Assembly (NCBI GenBank): GCA_965561205.1
Contig: CBEWZU010000001.1
Coordinates: 9,857 to 73,856, forward strand
Direction: 5' to 3'
DNA: 64,000 bases
Source: an uncultured Archaeoglobaceae archaeon
GTDB lineage: Archaea; Halobacteriota; Archaeoglobi; Archaeoglobales; Archaeoglobaceae
Part shown: positions 1 through 8,748 of the stretch, piece after piece
Layout: every line of letters begins with the position of its first letter
How positions within the stretch are numbered: position 1 is the first letter of the stretch
Notes under the pieces: generated by a model
What the model was told of the DNA's origin: nothing
Databases searched by the model: none
The model's input: the letters and a program-made list of their open reading frames with translations, nothing else
Translations under genes and position numbers: made by a program

Positions 1-2
1 GG

Positions 3-1124
3 AAACTTCCGGACAAGGTTCGCAAACGAGTCGAAGAAATCTTGCAAAGTTGCGATGAGGTAAATGAAGCTGTAATCGAGCAGATAAAGAAAGCTGTGGA
101 GCAAGAAATGCAATTTCAAGCAGTTGTCGATGAGATAAATCGCTACACATGGTTATTCTGGCAGAGAGGTGCTGATTTCGCATCGAGACAGCTCAAAAGA
201 TATGGCATCGAAATCGTGATCCCACCGACATTAAGCGTTCTTGACGAGGAGACTGTTAATCAACTTGTAAATCTACAGCTTGATTTGATCAAGGGTTTGA
301 GCGAGGAAACGAAAAAGAAACTTGCCTTCCAGCTCAGGGATGGTTTACTTAAGGGAGAACCGATAAGAGAACTGACGAAGCGGGTTCAGGAGGTGACCGA
401 GAAAACGAAATACGAAGCCGAGAGGATTGCGAGGACTGAGGCGACAAGGGTGTTCAATAAAGCGGCAGAAGATAGATATAAAAAAGTTGGAATCAAAAAA
501 TATCGCATTGTTGAGGCGGCAGATGAAAGAACTTGTAGAACTTGTATGCTTTATCACAACAAAATTTTTAGATTTGACGATCCATCAGCTCCACGTCCAC
601 CACTCCATCCAAATTGTAGGGGGACCATAGTCCCTGTAGTTGTGGAGGATGCTAATGTGAAGAAGTCAATAGGAGAAGAATCAAAAGAGATTGCTTTCGA
701 GAAAGCTACGGAGATAATAAGTAAAATTGAACCCGGAAAATTTGTTCCAGATGATGAAAACATAATGAGGCTTAAAACCCTTCTAATACAGGATCGAAGA
801 TTTAAGGAATTGACGGGTAGTAAATCTAAAGAGATCGCTGAAAAGCTGGCGAAAGAGACGATAGAAACTTTCAAACGAGAATTTACGCATCATGCAATAA
901 TTCAGGCTTCTGAACGTGGGAAAAAAGAAGGATACAACTTAATAGACGTCCTCAATGTCAAAAAGAAGGGTAAAATCGTAAAAAAGCTGGAAAAAGAAGT
1001 TCACAAAGCTGGAAAATCTCGGGGAATATATTTATATGTCGTCGAATCAAAAAAAGATAGCAGAGTAATAACGCATTGGAAAATATCTGAAAATAAGTAT
1101 CGCAAATTGGTGAGGGAGAGATGA
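3..1124 (+). CDS. MuF/SPP1 gp7-like minor head protein with C-terminal extension (5'-partial)
   Basis: ERIARTEATRVFN...DERTCRTC...RPPLHPNCRGT signature; frame is open to the window edge, so the start is upstream; ~160 aa extra C-terminal domain. Confidence 0.9.
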   Translation, partial: KLPDKVRKRVEEILQSCDEVNEAVIEQIKKAVEQEMQFQAVVDEINRYTWLFWQRGADFASRQLKRYGIEIVIPPTLSVLDEETVNQLVNLQLDLIKGLSEETKKKLAFQLRDGLLKGEPIRELTKRVQEVTEKTKYEAERIARTEATRVFNKAAEDRYKKVGIKKYRIVEAADERTCRTCMLYHNKIFRFDDPSAPRPPLHPNCRGTIVPVVVEDANVKKSIGEESKEIAFEKATEIISKIEPGKFVPDDENIMRLKTLLIQDRRFKELTGSKSKEIAEKLAKETIETFKREFTHHAIIQASERGKKEGYNLIDVLNVKKKGKIVKKLEKEVHKAGKSRGIYLYVVESKKDSRVITHWKISENKYRKLVRER

Positions 1125-1375
1125 AATTTAAAATTAAGGATGTCTTCATTAAAGCCGCAAAATTGAAGGAAGGAGTATATTTTGCAAGAGAAGTTGAAGG
1201 TGTCAAACTTGAAATAGTTGGTAAAAGATCAGAAGATGGTTTAATTCCGATATTGGTCGAAAAAGAAAAGAGCCACTACATAATAGACATTCCAGATTCA
1301 ATTGTCGAAAAGATCAAGCATCGAGATGGATCTGAAATAGACTTGGTTCCCGATGGGAGTATTTACGTTCTCTAA
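1121..1375 (+). CDS. Small protein with AbrB/MazE-like C-terminal half; candidate immunity/antitoxin
   Basis: ATGA overlap with the MuF stop; IIDIPDSIVEKIKHRDGSEIDLVPDGSIYV resembles the AbrB pattern. Confidence 0.5.
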   Translation: MKFKIKDVFIKAAKLKEGVYFAREVEGVKLEIVGKRSEDGLIPILVEKEKSHYIIDIPDSIVEKIKHRDGSEIDLVPDGSIYVL

Positions 1376-1409
1376 TTGATTTTTAAAGTCTATTCTTTGC
1401 TACTTTTGT

Positions 1410-2780
1410 ATGAAACAACTGGTGATAAAATCTCTCAAAATAGAGGACAGTGATACTAATGAAGGAAAAAGTGTTTACGTGGAAGGATTTATCTCTGCAC
1501 CAATTAAAGACCTCGAAAACGAAGAGATTTCAGAAGATGCTTTGCAAAAGATAGTGAGAGAATTAACAAATCCACCATATAACAAAGTCTTCTTAGAACA
1601 CGCTCCATTCAAGCAAAACACGCCAGCAATAGAGAAAATTCCTATTGGGATTATTGAAGAGTCAGAATTTAAAAACGGAAAACCGTGGGTTAGAGTAAAA
1701 TTGAATAAGGCACATCCTCTTTATGAAACTGTCAAACAGTCACTTAAGGAGGGTTTTCTTGATGCATTTTCAATAAGCTTCAAACCACTTAAAACTAAAA
1801 AACAAGGTAGTAAGACTATCATAACGGATTTGCAAATTCTTGAAGTTTCGTTAGTTGGCTTACCAGCGAATCCAGAAGCTACAGTCGAAAGAGTTTATGA
1901 GAAACAGTTCACACCAGACAAGATCGAGTTTGAAGAATTCGAAGAAGATGTCGTTGATGAAAAGTGTAAATATCGTAGCTGGAGACATCATGTTGTTAAT
2001 CATTTAGCATGGAAATTAAGAAAAGCTGGTAAATTACGTGGCTTAAGAAGGAAGGGGCTTGAAGAAATCGATGGTTTAAAAGTAAAAACTGGGTCAGGCG
2101 AAGAAAAAAGAGACTGCAAACCTCCAGAAGAGACTGGCGGAGAAATGGTCGGTGAAACTTGCAGTGGATGGATCGACGAGAGAACAGGTAAAGAATTGAC
2201 GTGGGCTGAATTTAAAAGAAGGTTAGCTGTGGCATTAGGAATAAAGCCGACACAATACATCAGAAATATCTTTTACGCCGCTTACAAGCAGGGATTGCTA
2301 TCAAAAGAAGATATGAGAAAACTTGGCTACAATGTTAAAGATGATAAAGAGAAGAAGGAGCTTACTGGTTTAAAAAGTCTGAAATTCATCGCTAAGAACA
2401 TGGAGGAAGTAGAAGTTAGAATAAAAGAACTCGAAGCGACGAACAGCGAACTTCAGAACCAAATCAAAGAGCTTGAAGCGAAGCTCAAGGAACTCGAAGC
2501 GGAGAAGGCAAAACTCGAAGAGGCAAAGAAAGAACTTGAAACAAAGCTCAAAGAGATGGTCGAAGAGAAGAAAGCGGAGCTAATAGATGAAATCAAGACA
2601 ATTCAGCCGGATGCAAACGAAGAGGAGTTGAAGCAGAAGGATGTCTCCGAATTGAAAGACCTCGCTCTCAAAGCTTACAGAACTAAGGTTCTCAAGCTAA
2701 GCAACCTGCCTAACAAGCTCCCCGCTGGCTCGGATGTAGAAGGAGCGAATTGGGATAAAATATTTGGATTAAAGAGGTGA
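1410..2780 (+). CDS. HK97-family prohead maturation protease fused to a coiled-coil scaffold
   Basis: VEGFIS...FLEH...PIG...AFSISF...LEVSLVGLPANPEA protease motifs; C-terminal heptad-rich region; lies directly before the capsid gene. Confidence 0.9.
   Translation: MKQLVIKSLKIEDSDTNEGKSVYVEGFISAPIKDLENEEISEDALQKIVRELTNPPYNKVFLEHAPFKQNTPAIEKIPIGIIEESEFKNGKPWVRVKLNKAHPLYETVKQSLKEGFLDAFSISFKPLKTKKQGSKTIITDLQILEVSLVGLPANPEATVERVYEKQFTPDKIEFEEFEEDVVDEKCKYRSWRHHVVNHLAWKLRKAGKLRGLRRKGLEEIDGLKVKTGSGEEKRDCKPPEETGGEMVGETCSGWIDERTGKELTWAEFKRRLAVALGIKPTQYIRNIFYAAYKQGLLSKEDMRKLGYNVKDDKEKKELTGLKSLKFIAKNMEEVEVRIKELEATNSELQNQIKELEAKLKELEAEKAKLEEAKKELETKLKEMVEEKKAELIDEIKTIQPDANEEELKQKDVSELKDLALKAYRTKVLKLSNLPNKLPAGSDVEGANWDKIFGLKR
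2400..2780 (+). CDS. Putative internally initiated scaffolding protein (126 aa), in frame with the protease
   Basis: In-frame ATG (Met331) lies 19 nt after an internal copy of the promoter motif (2374-2380) and starts the coiled coil. Confidence 0.65.
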   Translation: MEEVEVRIKELEATNSELQNQIKELEAKLKELEAEKAKLEEAKKELETKLKEMVEEKKAELIDEIKTIQPDANEEELKQKDVSELKDLALKAYRTKVLKLSNLPNKLPAGSDVEGANWDKIFGLKR

Positions 2781-2786
2781 TGAAAA

Positions 2787-3683
2787 ATGGTGGATACATC
2801 AGTTTTGGATGGAGCGGTAACGCTGAATCAACAGGCACTCAAAGAATTCGTTCACAAGGCTGTAGAAGAGCAAGTTCTGCTAAAGCAGGTCAGAACCGAG
2901 ACAGTAACGGCTTCGATGGGTAAGATTCTGAAGTTCAACATCGGTTCGAGAGTTATCAGATCTCCTGCGGAAGGGTCGTCCGTTACGACAGACGTCGGCT
3001 TCAGCACCGCCGGAGTCGATTATCAAACTGTAAAAGTCATGCTCAACGTCCCGATCACGAGGGAGGCGATAGAAGATAACATCTACAGAGAACAGCTCGG
3101 CAACAGAATAATGCAGCTCGTTGCACAAGCTTTCGGAAGAGATCTGGAGGATTTGGGAATAAACGGTGATACCGCCACACCCGACACTGATCCCGATTAC
3201 GAGTTCCTAAAAATCGACGATGGCTGGATTAAGCTCGGTTCTTCCGCTCACACTTACGACCATCAAGGAGGCTCAATTGACAAGGACGTTTTCAGCAAGC
3301 TGATAAGAGCTTTGCCGCCGAAATACAGAGTTACAGGGCTAACATTCATCATGAGTCCGAACCAGCTCGAAGCATTCAAGGACTATCTGACAAATAGAGC
3401 AACCGCCGCTGGTGATATGGTTCTGATGCAGGGAGGAGAGGTCAAGCCGTTTGGCATTCCAGTCATCACCCCGCCGAAGTGGCCAGACGACGAAGTCTGG
3501 CTCACACATCCGAAGAACCTCGTGTTTATCGTGCAGAGGGATGTCACGATAAGGAAGACCACGCAGAGCGATGAAGTTCTTGACAACGATCTCTATGCAA
3601 AATACGTGATCACGGCAAGGATTGACTACGTTATCGAGGAGACTGACGCCATTGCAAGGGCGATCAACATAGCGGCTCCCTAA
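2787..3683 (+). CDS. Major capsid protein (HK97 fold)
   Basis: 298 aa, follows the protease/scaffold, strong SD GAGGTGA; DLEDLGINGDT and FIMSP...GIPV patterns typical of HK97-fold capsid proteins. Confidence 0.9.
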   Translation: MVDTSVLDGAVTLNQQALKEFVHKAVEEQVLLKQVRTETVTASMGKILKFNIGSRVIRSPAEGSSVTTDVGFSTAGVDYQTVKVMLNVPITREAIEDNIYREQLGNRIMQLVAQAFGRDLEDLGINGDTATPDTDPDYEFLKIDDGWIKLGSSAHTYDHQGGSIDKDVFSKLIRALPPKYRVTGLTFIMSPNQLEAFKDYLTNRATAAGDMVLMQGGEVKPFGIPVITPPKWPDDEVWLTHPKNLVFIVQRDVTIRKTTQSDEVLDNDLYAKYVITARIDYVIEETDAIARAINIAAP

Positions 3684-3700
3684 TTTTTTAGGTGATTGAA

Positions 3701-3910
3701 ATGGCGGTAATCAAGCAAAATTTCGGTGAAGGTGGAGCAAATCTAACTCCATCTGGGCAGGGGGAGCCATCTTTGGCTCAGGTGCTCAGAGACATCGCAG
3801 ATGATCTTGCTATGCTCAAAGCTGCGATTGATCAACTGATAGAGGATTATAATAATTCCACAAGCCCGACAACAGCGTCAACTACCGACTTGAAGACTCA
3901 GAAGGGGTGA
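3701..3910 (+). CDS. Small virion-associated protein (hypothetical)
   Basis: ORF with SD GGTGA directly after the capsid gene. Confidence 0.6.
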   Translation: MAVIKQNFGEGGANLTPSGQGEPSLAQVLRDIADDLAMLKAAIDQLIEDYNNSTSPTTASTTDLKTQKG

Positions 3911-3916
3911 TCGTGA

Positions 3917-4075
3917 ATGAAGCTCAAACTCACAAAGTTGGCATCTTATACGAACAAGGACGGATTGAAAGTCAAGCAGGGTGAAGTCGTCGAGGTCGAT
4001 GAAAAAACAGGTCAATACCTGCTAAAGACGGGATATTTCGAGGAGGTTAAAGAGGAAAAGAAAGCTAAGAAGTAG
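3917..4075 (+). CDS. Small hypothetical protein (52 aa), not in the ORF track
   Basis: ATG3917-TAG4075, MKLKLTKLASYT...GEVVEVDEKTGQYLLKTGYFEEV; fills the gap between neighbours. Confidence 0.7.
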   Translation: MKLKLTKLASYTNKDGLKVKQGEVVEVDEKTGQYLLKTGYFEEVKEEKKAKK

Positions 4076-4077
4076 TC

Positions 4078-4464
4078 ATGCCATTTCCAACAATCCAAGA
4101 CGTCAGAGATCGACTCGGAGACGCTTATTCGACTGACCCCGCAGACTCGATCATTCAATCTTTTTTGGATAGGCGAATCGCTCAGATCAAAGAGAAAACT
4201 GGCGAGGATTTCGATACCGTTCCAGAATCAATTTTCAAGTGGGTGCTTAATACTGTTTGTGCCGATGTGATTTTAAGGGATTTAACTGGCAAAGATGCCG
4301 CTGATGCATTAAACTATTCTCTCGGAGAATTAAAAGAGAATAAAGACCCTAACGTTCAGTTAAAGCTCAAACTCTACGAAATCTTCATGGATGAGGCAGA
4401 TAAAGCCTTAAAATCGTATTTTAGCAGGACGAGGCTTATCTCGTATGCAAGTTCTGAATCTTAG
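4078..4464 (+). CDS. Head-tail connector/adaptor-like protein
   Basis: Size and position after the capsid genes; N-terminal TIQDVRDRLG pattern. Confidence 0.6.
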   Translation: MPFPTIQDVRDRLGDAYSTDPADSIIQSFLDRRIAQIKEKTGEDFDTVPESIFKWVLNTVCADVILRDLTGKDAADALNYSLGELKENKDPNVQLKLKLYEIFMDEADKALKSYFSRTRLISYASSES

Positions 4465-4475
4465 GGGGGATTTAG

Positions 4476-4766
4476 ATGGACAGCAGAGATTGGCAGGAAC
4501 TCATGCAACAATTGCTTTTAGAGATCCAAAAGACAAATCAAGAACAACTGCAAATATTGGGGGAACTGAAAGCATGCGTCAATTCGATAAAAAAGAGACA
4601 AGATAAACACGAAGAAAGATTAGACGAACACGATCATGAGATCGCAACACTAAAAGACGTTCAGGCGAAACATAAAACGTATTTTCGATTGCTCGGAGCG
4701 GCGATATCTCTTATCGTGACGGCTCTTGCCGCATTGTCTCAATTGAGAGAATTTTTCACTCGTTGA
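4476..4766 (+). CDS. Coiled-coil protein with C-terminal transmembrane helix (XhlA/holin-like)
   Basis: Heptad repeats then LLGAAISLIVTALAAL. Confidence 0.5.
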   Translation: MDSRDWQELMQQLLLEIQKTNQEQLQILGELKACVNSIKKRQDKHEERLDEHDHEIATLKDVQAKHKTYFRLLGAAISLIVTALAALSQLREFFTR

Positions 4767-4807
4767 GCAAAACAGTTATGTTTTAATAATTATCAAATTT
4801 ACTTGAC

Positions 4808-4978
4808 ATGAGTGCGGATAGTAAGATACAAACGGCGAGGAAGTTATTAGTTCAACTAAGACATCTTGTCGAAAATGAATTTTCAGATGTAATCGAATGC
4901 GATTATTCGAGAGATATGCTTCTGCTTAAGGTGAAAGATCGTGGCGACTCAGGAGGAAGTTTTAGAGGCGATTATTGA
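4808..4978 (+). CDS. Possible small hypothetical protein (56 aa)
   Basis: ATG4808-TGA4978, overlaps the next start; not in the ORF track. Confidence 0.35.
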   Translation: MSADSKIQTARKLLVQLRHLVENEFSDVIECDYSRDMLLLKVKDRGDSGGSFRGDY

Positions 4979-5426
4979 AAATAATGGAGTAATAACTTTC
5001 AATAAGCTTAAAGAGAAATTTAACCTGCCGAAGTCTGGAAGTTCGTGGCTTCCACAACGTCTCAAATCTCTAAAAAGCAAGAAATTGATTTTCATTTTAA
5101 AGTTAGGCAATACATCGATCATCTTAGCTCATCCCGATCTGCTCGATTTCGATTTCAGAGGGAGACCTCGTGGATCGATTAGCATAAACTCAATCATGGA
5201 ACTAAAGCTCTTGAACTTCGTTAATGAGCGGAAGATTGTTTCTTGGCGACAGTTGAGGGATGGATTGAGATGGGATACGAAAACGCTTAACAAATACATT
5301 GATGCTTTATTGCGTAAGAACATGCTAATCGAATGGGACACCGGAACTCTTCTGCTATACATGACTCCCCAGTCGCTTGACAGAATTTTAAACGAGTATT
5401 ACAATAAACTCTACGAAAATTTTTGA
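4941..5426 (+). CDS. Tandem winged-helix DNA-binding protein
   Basis: Two wHTH-like halves (ITFNKLKEKF...RLKSLKSKKLI; VSWRQLRDGLRWDTKTLNKYIDALLRKNMLIE); GTG start with SD. Confidence 0.6.
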   Translation: MATQEEVLEAIIENNGVITFNKLKEKFNLPKSGSSWLPQRLKSLKSKKLIFILKLGNTSIILAHPDLLDFDFRGRPRGSISINSIMELKLLNFVNERKIVSWRQLRDGLRWDTKTLNKYIDALLRKNMLIEWDTGTLLLYMTPQSLDRILNEYYNKLYENF

Positions 5427-5516
5427 TACCCACTTGGGTATTAAATTGAGTCTTTTAATCAGTCAATACTTTCCGATATTTTTCAATACCCACTTGGGTA
5501 GCAAATTGAGTCTTTT
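5426..5516. repeat. 31-bp direct repeat x2 (period 60 bp) containing the palindrome TACCC-ACTT-GGGTA
   Basis: 5426-5456 vs 5486-5516, 29/31 identical. Confidence 0.9.
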
Positions 5517-5591
5517 GGTTGACCTAAAAGTAAACGATTTTATCATAATTTAATTTTGGCACTTTTAAAGTCTCAAAATTATCAAGCTTCG

Positions 5592-6416
5592 ATGGTTGAC
5601 GCTGAAGAGTGCGTGCTTTTGATAAGCGATGTCCATGTCGGCAGAACAACTCCATCCTACAATCTTAATGAGTTCGAAAGAAGATTGCTAAATCTTTATC
5701 ACAACGTTTTGAAAGTTAAGGAGATTATAAACAAGAGCTACAAGCTTCCAGTTCTTAACATCTTCTTTCTTGGAGACATTGTTGATGGAGAGAACCTGTA
5801 TCCCTCTCAGCCTTACAAGCAGGAAATGGACGCTGACGATCAGATGGATTTAGCCGTTAATCGTTTTTCTGAATTTATCTTAGATTTATTTGGCTCTGGA
5901 AGGCGGAAGAGGTTTGAAGAAATTAGAATTTGGACGGTTGAAGGAAATCATGGTAGAGTCGGGAGGAGAAACAGCGAGAAGACGAATTATGATCGCATTT
6001 TCTACAAACGGTTGCAAGATCGCTTAGCTTTTAACGATAGCATTGAATTTAATCTTTCAAAGAATTGGTATAATCATGCTGTGATCTTGGATCACGGCTA
6101 TCTGCTCTTTCATGGGGATAACATCTACTGCTACATGAGTATCCCATTTTATGGAATCATCCAACGCTCAATGAGGCTCAAAGTCGGAGGACTGCGGGAA
6201 GACTTCGATGTCGTCTGTTTGGGACACTTCCACACAGTCGGCTCGCTCTACTGGAACGATATCCGCATTTTAATGAACGGAACCTTCCTGACGGACGACG
6301 ATTTTGCTCAGAAGAGGTTGGGATTGAGGTCGGCAACGAAGTTCTGGTTTTTTGGAGTCTCGCATGAAAGACCGATAACGTGGAGTTATTTGATAGATGT
6401 TGATCGAAGGGGTTGA
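5592..6416 (+). CDS. Calcineurin-like metallophosphoesterase
   Basis: SDVH, GDIVDG, GNHG, FHGD and GHFH motifs; start moved to ATG5592, which lies 18 nt after the promoter motif. Confidence 0.9.
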   Translation: MVDAEECVLLISDVHVGRTTPSYNLNEFERRLLNLYHNVLKVKEIINKSYKLPVLNIFFLGDIVDGENLYPSQPYKQEMDADDQMDLAVNRFSEFILDLFGSGRRKRFEEIRIWTVEGNHGRVGRRNSEKTNYDRIFYKRLQDRLAFNDSIEFNLSKNWYNHAVILDHGYLLFHGDNIYCYMSIPFYGIIQRSMRLKVGGLREDFDVVCLGHFHTVGSLYWNDIRILMNGTFLTDDDFAQKRLGLRSATKFWFFGVSHERPITWSYLIDVDRRG

Positions 6417-6856
6417 TAAAAATGGAAATCGGTTACGAAACGATATATACGAAGAGATATAAAAAGAAGAAGTTTGCTGTTATCAAATTCAATCCGAGCA
6501 TAGTCCAGCGACGTTTCGGCAAAGTAATAAAATCCGGCGGATTTCAGTTAATTATTGCGGATGAAGATCTCCTTGATAAACTTATGAAGAAGGCTAAGGA
6601 GGATTTATCTAAAATCGTCGGCTCAGAAATGCTAAAAACTCTGCTTGAAGGGATTATCTACGATTTGCTTGCCGAAGCCCTCGTCGATGGGATAACTTTC
6701 GAGCTGACTGTTGAAGATGCACTCTACCTTGCAAACCTCTTTGTTCGCTTCGTGGATGAGGATTTTGAAACTCTGAGAGAGATAAGAAATCAAATCCTGC
6801 TGGAGGAACACTTCAAAGAGAAATCAGACAATTCCAACGACCCCTCGATTTGCTAA
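6413..6856 (+). CDS. Hypothetical protein
   Basis: ORF coupled to the phosphoesterase stop. Confidence 0.6.
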   Translation: MIKMEIGYETIYTKRYKKKKFAVIKFNPSIVQRRFGKVIKSGGFQLIIADEDLLDKLMKKAKEDLSKIVGSEMLKTLLEGIIYDLLAEALVDGITFELTVEDALYLANLFVRFVDEDFETLREIRNQILLEEHFKEKSDNSNDPSIC

Positions 6857-6886
6857 TTTTAAAAGTCTTAATTCAACGACATTATC

Positions 6887-7084
6887 ATGCAAGATCAAAA
6901 ATCAGATGAGAAAAAGCTGTTAGACAAAAACAGTCCATTATGGCTACCGCCCGGATCGGTAAGAGCTCTGATCGCATTGATAATTGTCATCGGCTATGTT
7001 GCGGTAAACGGAACTGTTGACAAAGAACTGATAATGCTTGTGCTCGGCTTCTATTTCGGTTCGAGGCTTGCAGGAGGTAAATAA
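6887..7084 (+). CDS. Small two-TM membrane protein, holin-like
   Basis: LPPGSVRALIALIIVIG...LVLGFYFGSR; own promoter motif. Confidence 0.55.
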   Translation: MQDQKSDEKKLLDKNSPLWLPPGSVRALIALIIVIGYVAVNGTVDKELIMLVLGFYFGSRLAGGK

Positions 7085-7086
7085 TC

Positions 7087-7308
7087 ATGCAAATCAACGT
7101 ATTCGATGACAAAAAGAGCTTGGGACACACGGCGGCTGGGGCGATCAGCTTAATTCTCCCGCTCGTATTCGTGATCTTTATTTTCTACGAAATCATCGAG
7201 CATCTACTCCTTGCAGGGAAGGAGAAGGAGGCTAATTTTCTCGGAGATATTGTTGAATATCTGTTTGGTTTGGGAGCCACAACGCTAATCTGGAGGATGA
7301 TAGCATGA
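7087..7308 (+). CDS. Small membrane protein
   Basis: Hydrophobic 73 aa ORF with SD GGAGGT. Confidence 0.6.
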   Translation: MQINVFDDKKSLGHTAAGAISLILPLVFVIFIFYEIIEHLLLAGKEKEANFLGDIVEYLFGLGATTLIWRMIA

Positions 7309-7616
7309 GCTTCGCTAAGATTTTAGAAAAGAAGGGAACGGATGTCAATTTGATAAAAATCCCCAAAACAAATAATGCAGGATATCTCGAAGAGAGCGAA
7401 GAAATAATCCAAACGAGAGCTGTGATCCTCCCGCTGAGTAAGGAGGAGAAGCTGTTCTGGAGCAACGCTGGAATAGTCAAGGCGGAGATGAAGGCTTACA
7501 CGGATCAGGATGTTAAAACGGGTTGGCAGGTCGAAATTAATGGAAAAAGATACAAGATCAGAGCCTACGAGAATTACGGCGAATATAAAAAGCTGATTTT
7601 AGAAGAAATTTCCTGA
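7305..7616 (+). CDS. Head-closure (SPP1 gp16-like) protein
   Basis: ~100 aa beta-rich, DVKTGWQVEINGKRYKI pattern; neck-module position. Confidence 0.6.
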   Translation: MSFAKILEKKGTDVNLIKIPKTNNAGYLEESEEIIQTRAVILPLSKEEKLFWSNAGIVKAEMKAYTDQDVKTGWQVEINGKRYKIRAYENYGEYKKLILEEIS

Positions 7617-7767
7617 TTATTTCTTTATTCGATTTACCGAATGAGTGAATATATCGTATTATTCGATTGAACGAATAGCCTTCTCTTCATTTTTGCATTA
7701 TTTTCCCGGGTTCCGAACCCAGCTTCGAAGGCCGATTTTAATTAAGTCTCTTCTTTCAGGGACCATC

Positions 7768-8196
7768 ATGATCAAAGACAAGAACAACATCCCAAAACTA
7801 CTCGAATCGCTTCCGCAGGAAAAAGAACAGATTTTGAGGGTAGCGGGTGCTTTTTTAGAAGGGAAAATCAAAGAAAAGATAACTCATGGTGATTCTTCAT
7901 GGCAACCCTTAAAACCTGAAACCATTAAGAGGAAGGGTAGTAGTAAGCCGTTAATCGATACCGGCAAACTAAGAGCTTCGATAACTCATAAAGTCGAAGG
8001 CGATGCGGCTCTTGTAGGTATCTTCGCCGAAGATGTCTGCGTTTACGCGGCAGTTCACGAATTCGGTTCTCCAAAGAAGAACATTCCACAGAGGTCATAT
8101 CTCCGCAAAACCTTCGACGAGCAGAAGGACGAGATCGAGAAGCTGATCGATACCGAGATTGAAAAAGTCTTAAAACGATTCACATTCCATGCTTGA
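7768..8196 (+). CDS. Virion morphogenesis / tail completion protein (Mu gpG/HK97 gp10-like)
   Basis: WQPLKPETIKRKGSSKPLIDTGKLRASI...YAAVHEFG...IPQRSYLR; start moved to ATG7768. Confidence 0.85.
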   Translation: MIKDKNNIPKLLESLPQEKEQILRVAGAFLEGKIKEKITHGDSSWQPLKPETIKRKGSSKPLIDTGKLRASITHKVEGDAALVGIFAEDVCVYAAVHEFGSPKKNIPQRSYLRKTFDEQKDEIEKLIDTEIEKVLKRFTFHA

Positions 8197-8713
8197 GTCA
8201 AGAATTCATTTGGAATTGTATGATAAACTGATTAATCACAGCTGGACTTATCAAGGTCAGCCAGTGGACGTTCAGGTCTGGAGAGCTAAGCAGAGCGTTG
8301 ATAAATTGCAGTTTCCGGTTATCTTCATCGATTACAGCGATGCAGTTCTTGATAAATCCAACACACCGCTCAATGAGATCTTAAGAGTGGATTTAGTGCA
8401 AGCTGATGACGGATTGCAAGATATCCGCTACGAGAAGGGAGTAATCGTCCAACAATCCATAAACCTTGATCTATACGATAACAACATCCGCAGAATTGCC
8501 GAATTGCAAGAACAGCTGTTTTTGCTGTGCAAGCAGATGAAGCTAACTGGTGTAACGATCTTCCAAGTCAATCCCCCTCGAATTTTAGATTTCACCGAAG
8601 AAGAATTCATCTACCGCAGGCTCGTTGAGGTAATCTGCAAGTTCGCCGTTTCGTGGGAGGAAATCGTTAAGACGATTGAGGATGTTGAAACTGCAGTTGA
8701 AGCTCAATCCTAA
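8189..8713 (+). CDS. Tail terminator-like protein
   Basis: Position between the neck genes and the sheath; FPVIFIDY motif. Confidence 0.55.
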   Translation: MLESRIHLELYDKLINHSWTYQGQPVDVQVWRAKQSVDKLQFPVIFIDYSDAVLDKSNTPLNEILRVDLVQADDGLQDIRYEKGVIVQQSINLDLYDNNIRRIAELQEQLFLLCKQMKLTGVTIFQVNPPRILDFTEEEFIYRRLVEVICKFAVSWEEIVKTIEDVETAVEAQS

Positions 8714-8748
8714 TTTCTTTTTTAAAGTCCACATATACCTTCGATTTT

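Noticed and set aside
1584-1590. Additional AAAGTCT inside the protease gene
   Set aside because: No T-run before it and no ATG 18-20 nt downstream; not counted as a promoter
5426-5516. Mini CRISPR array
   Set aside because: Only two repeats with a 29-nt gap and no cas genes; no CRISPR array seen anywhere in the window
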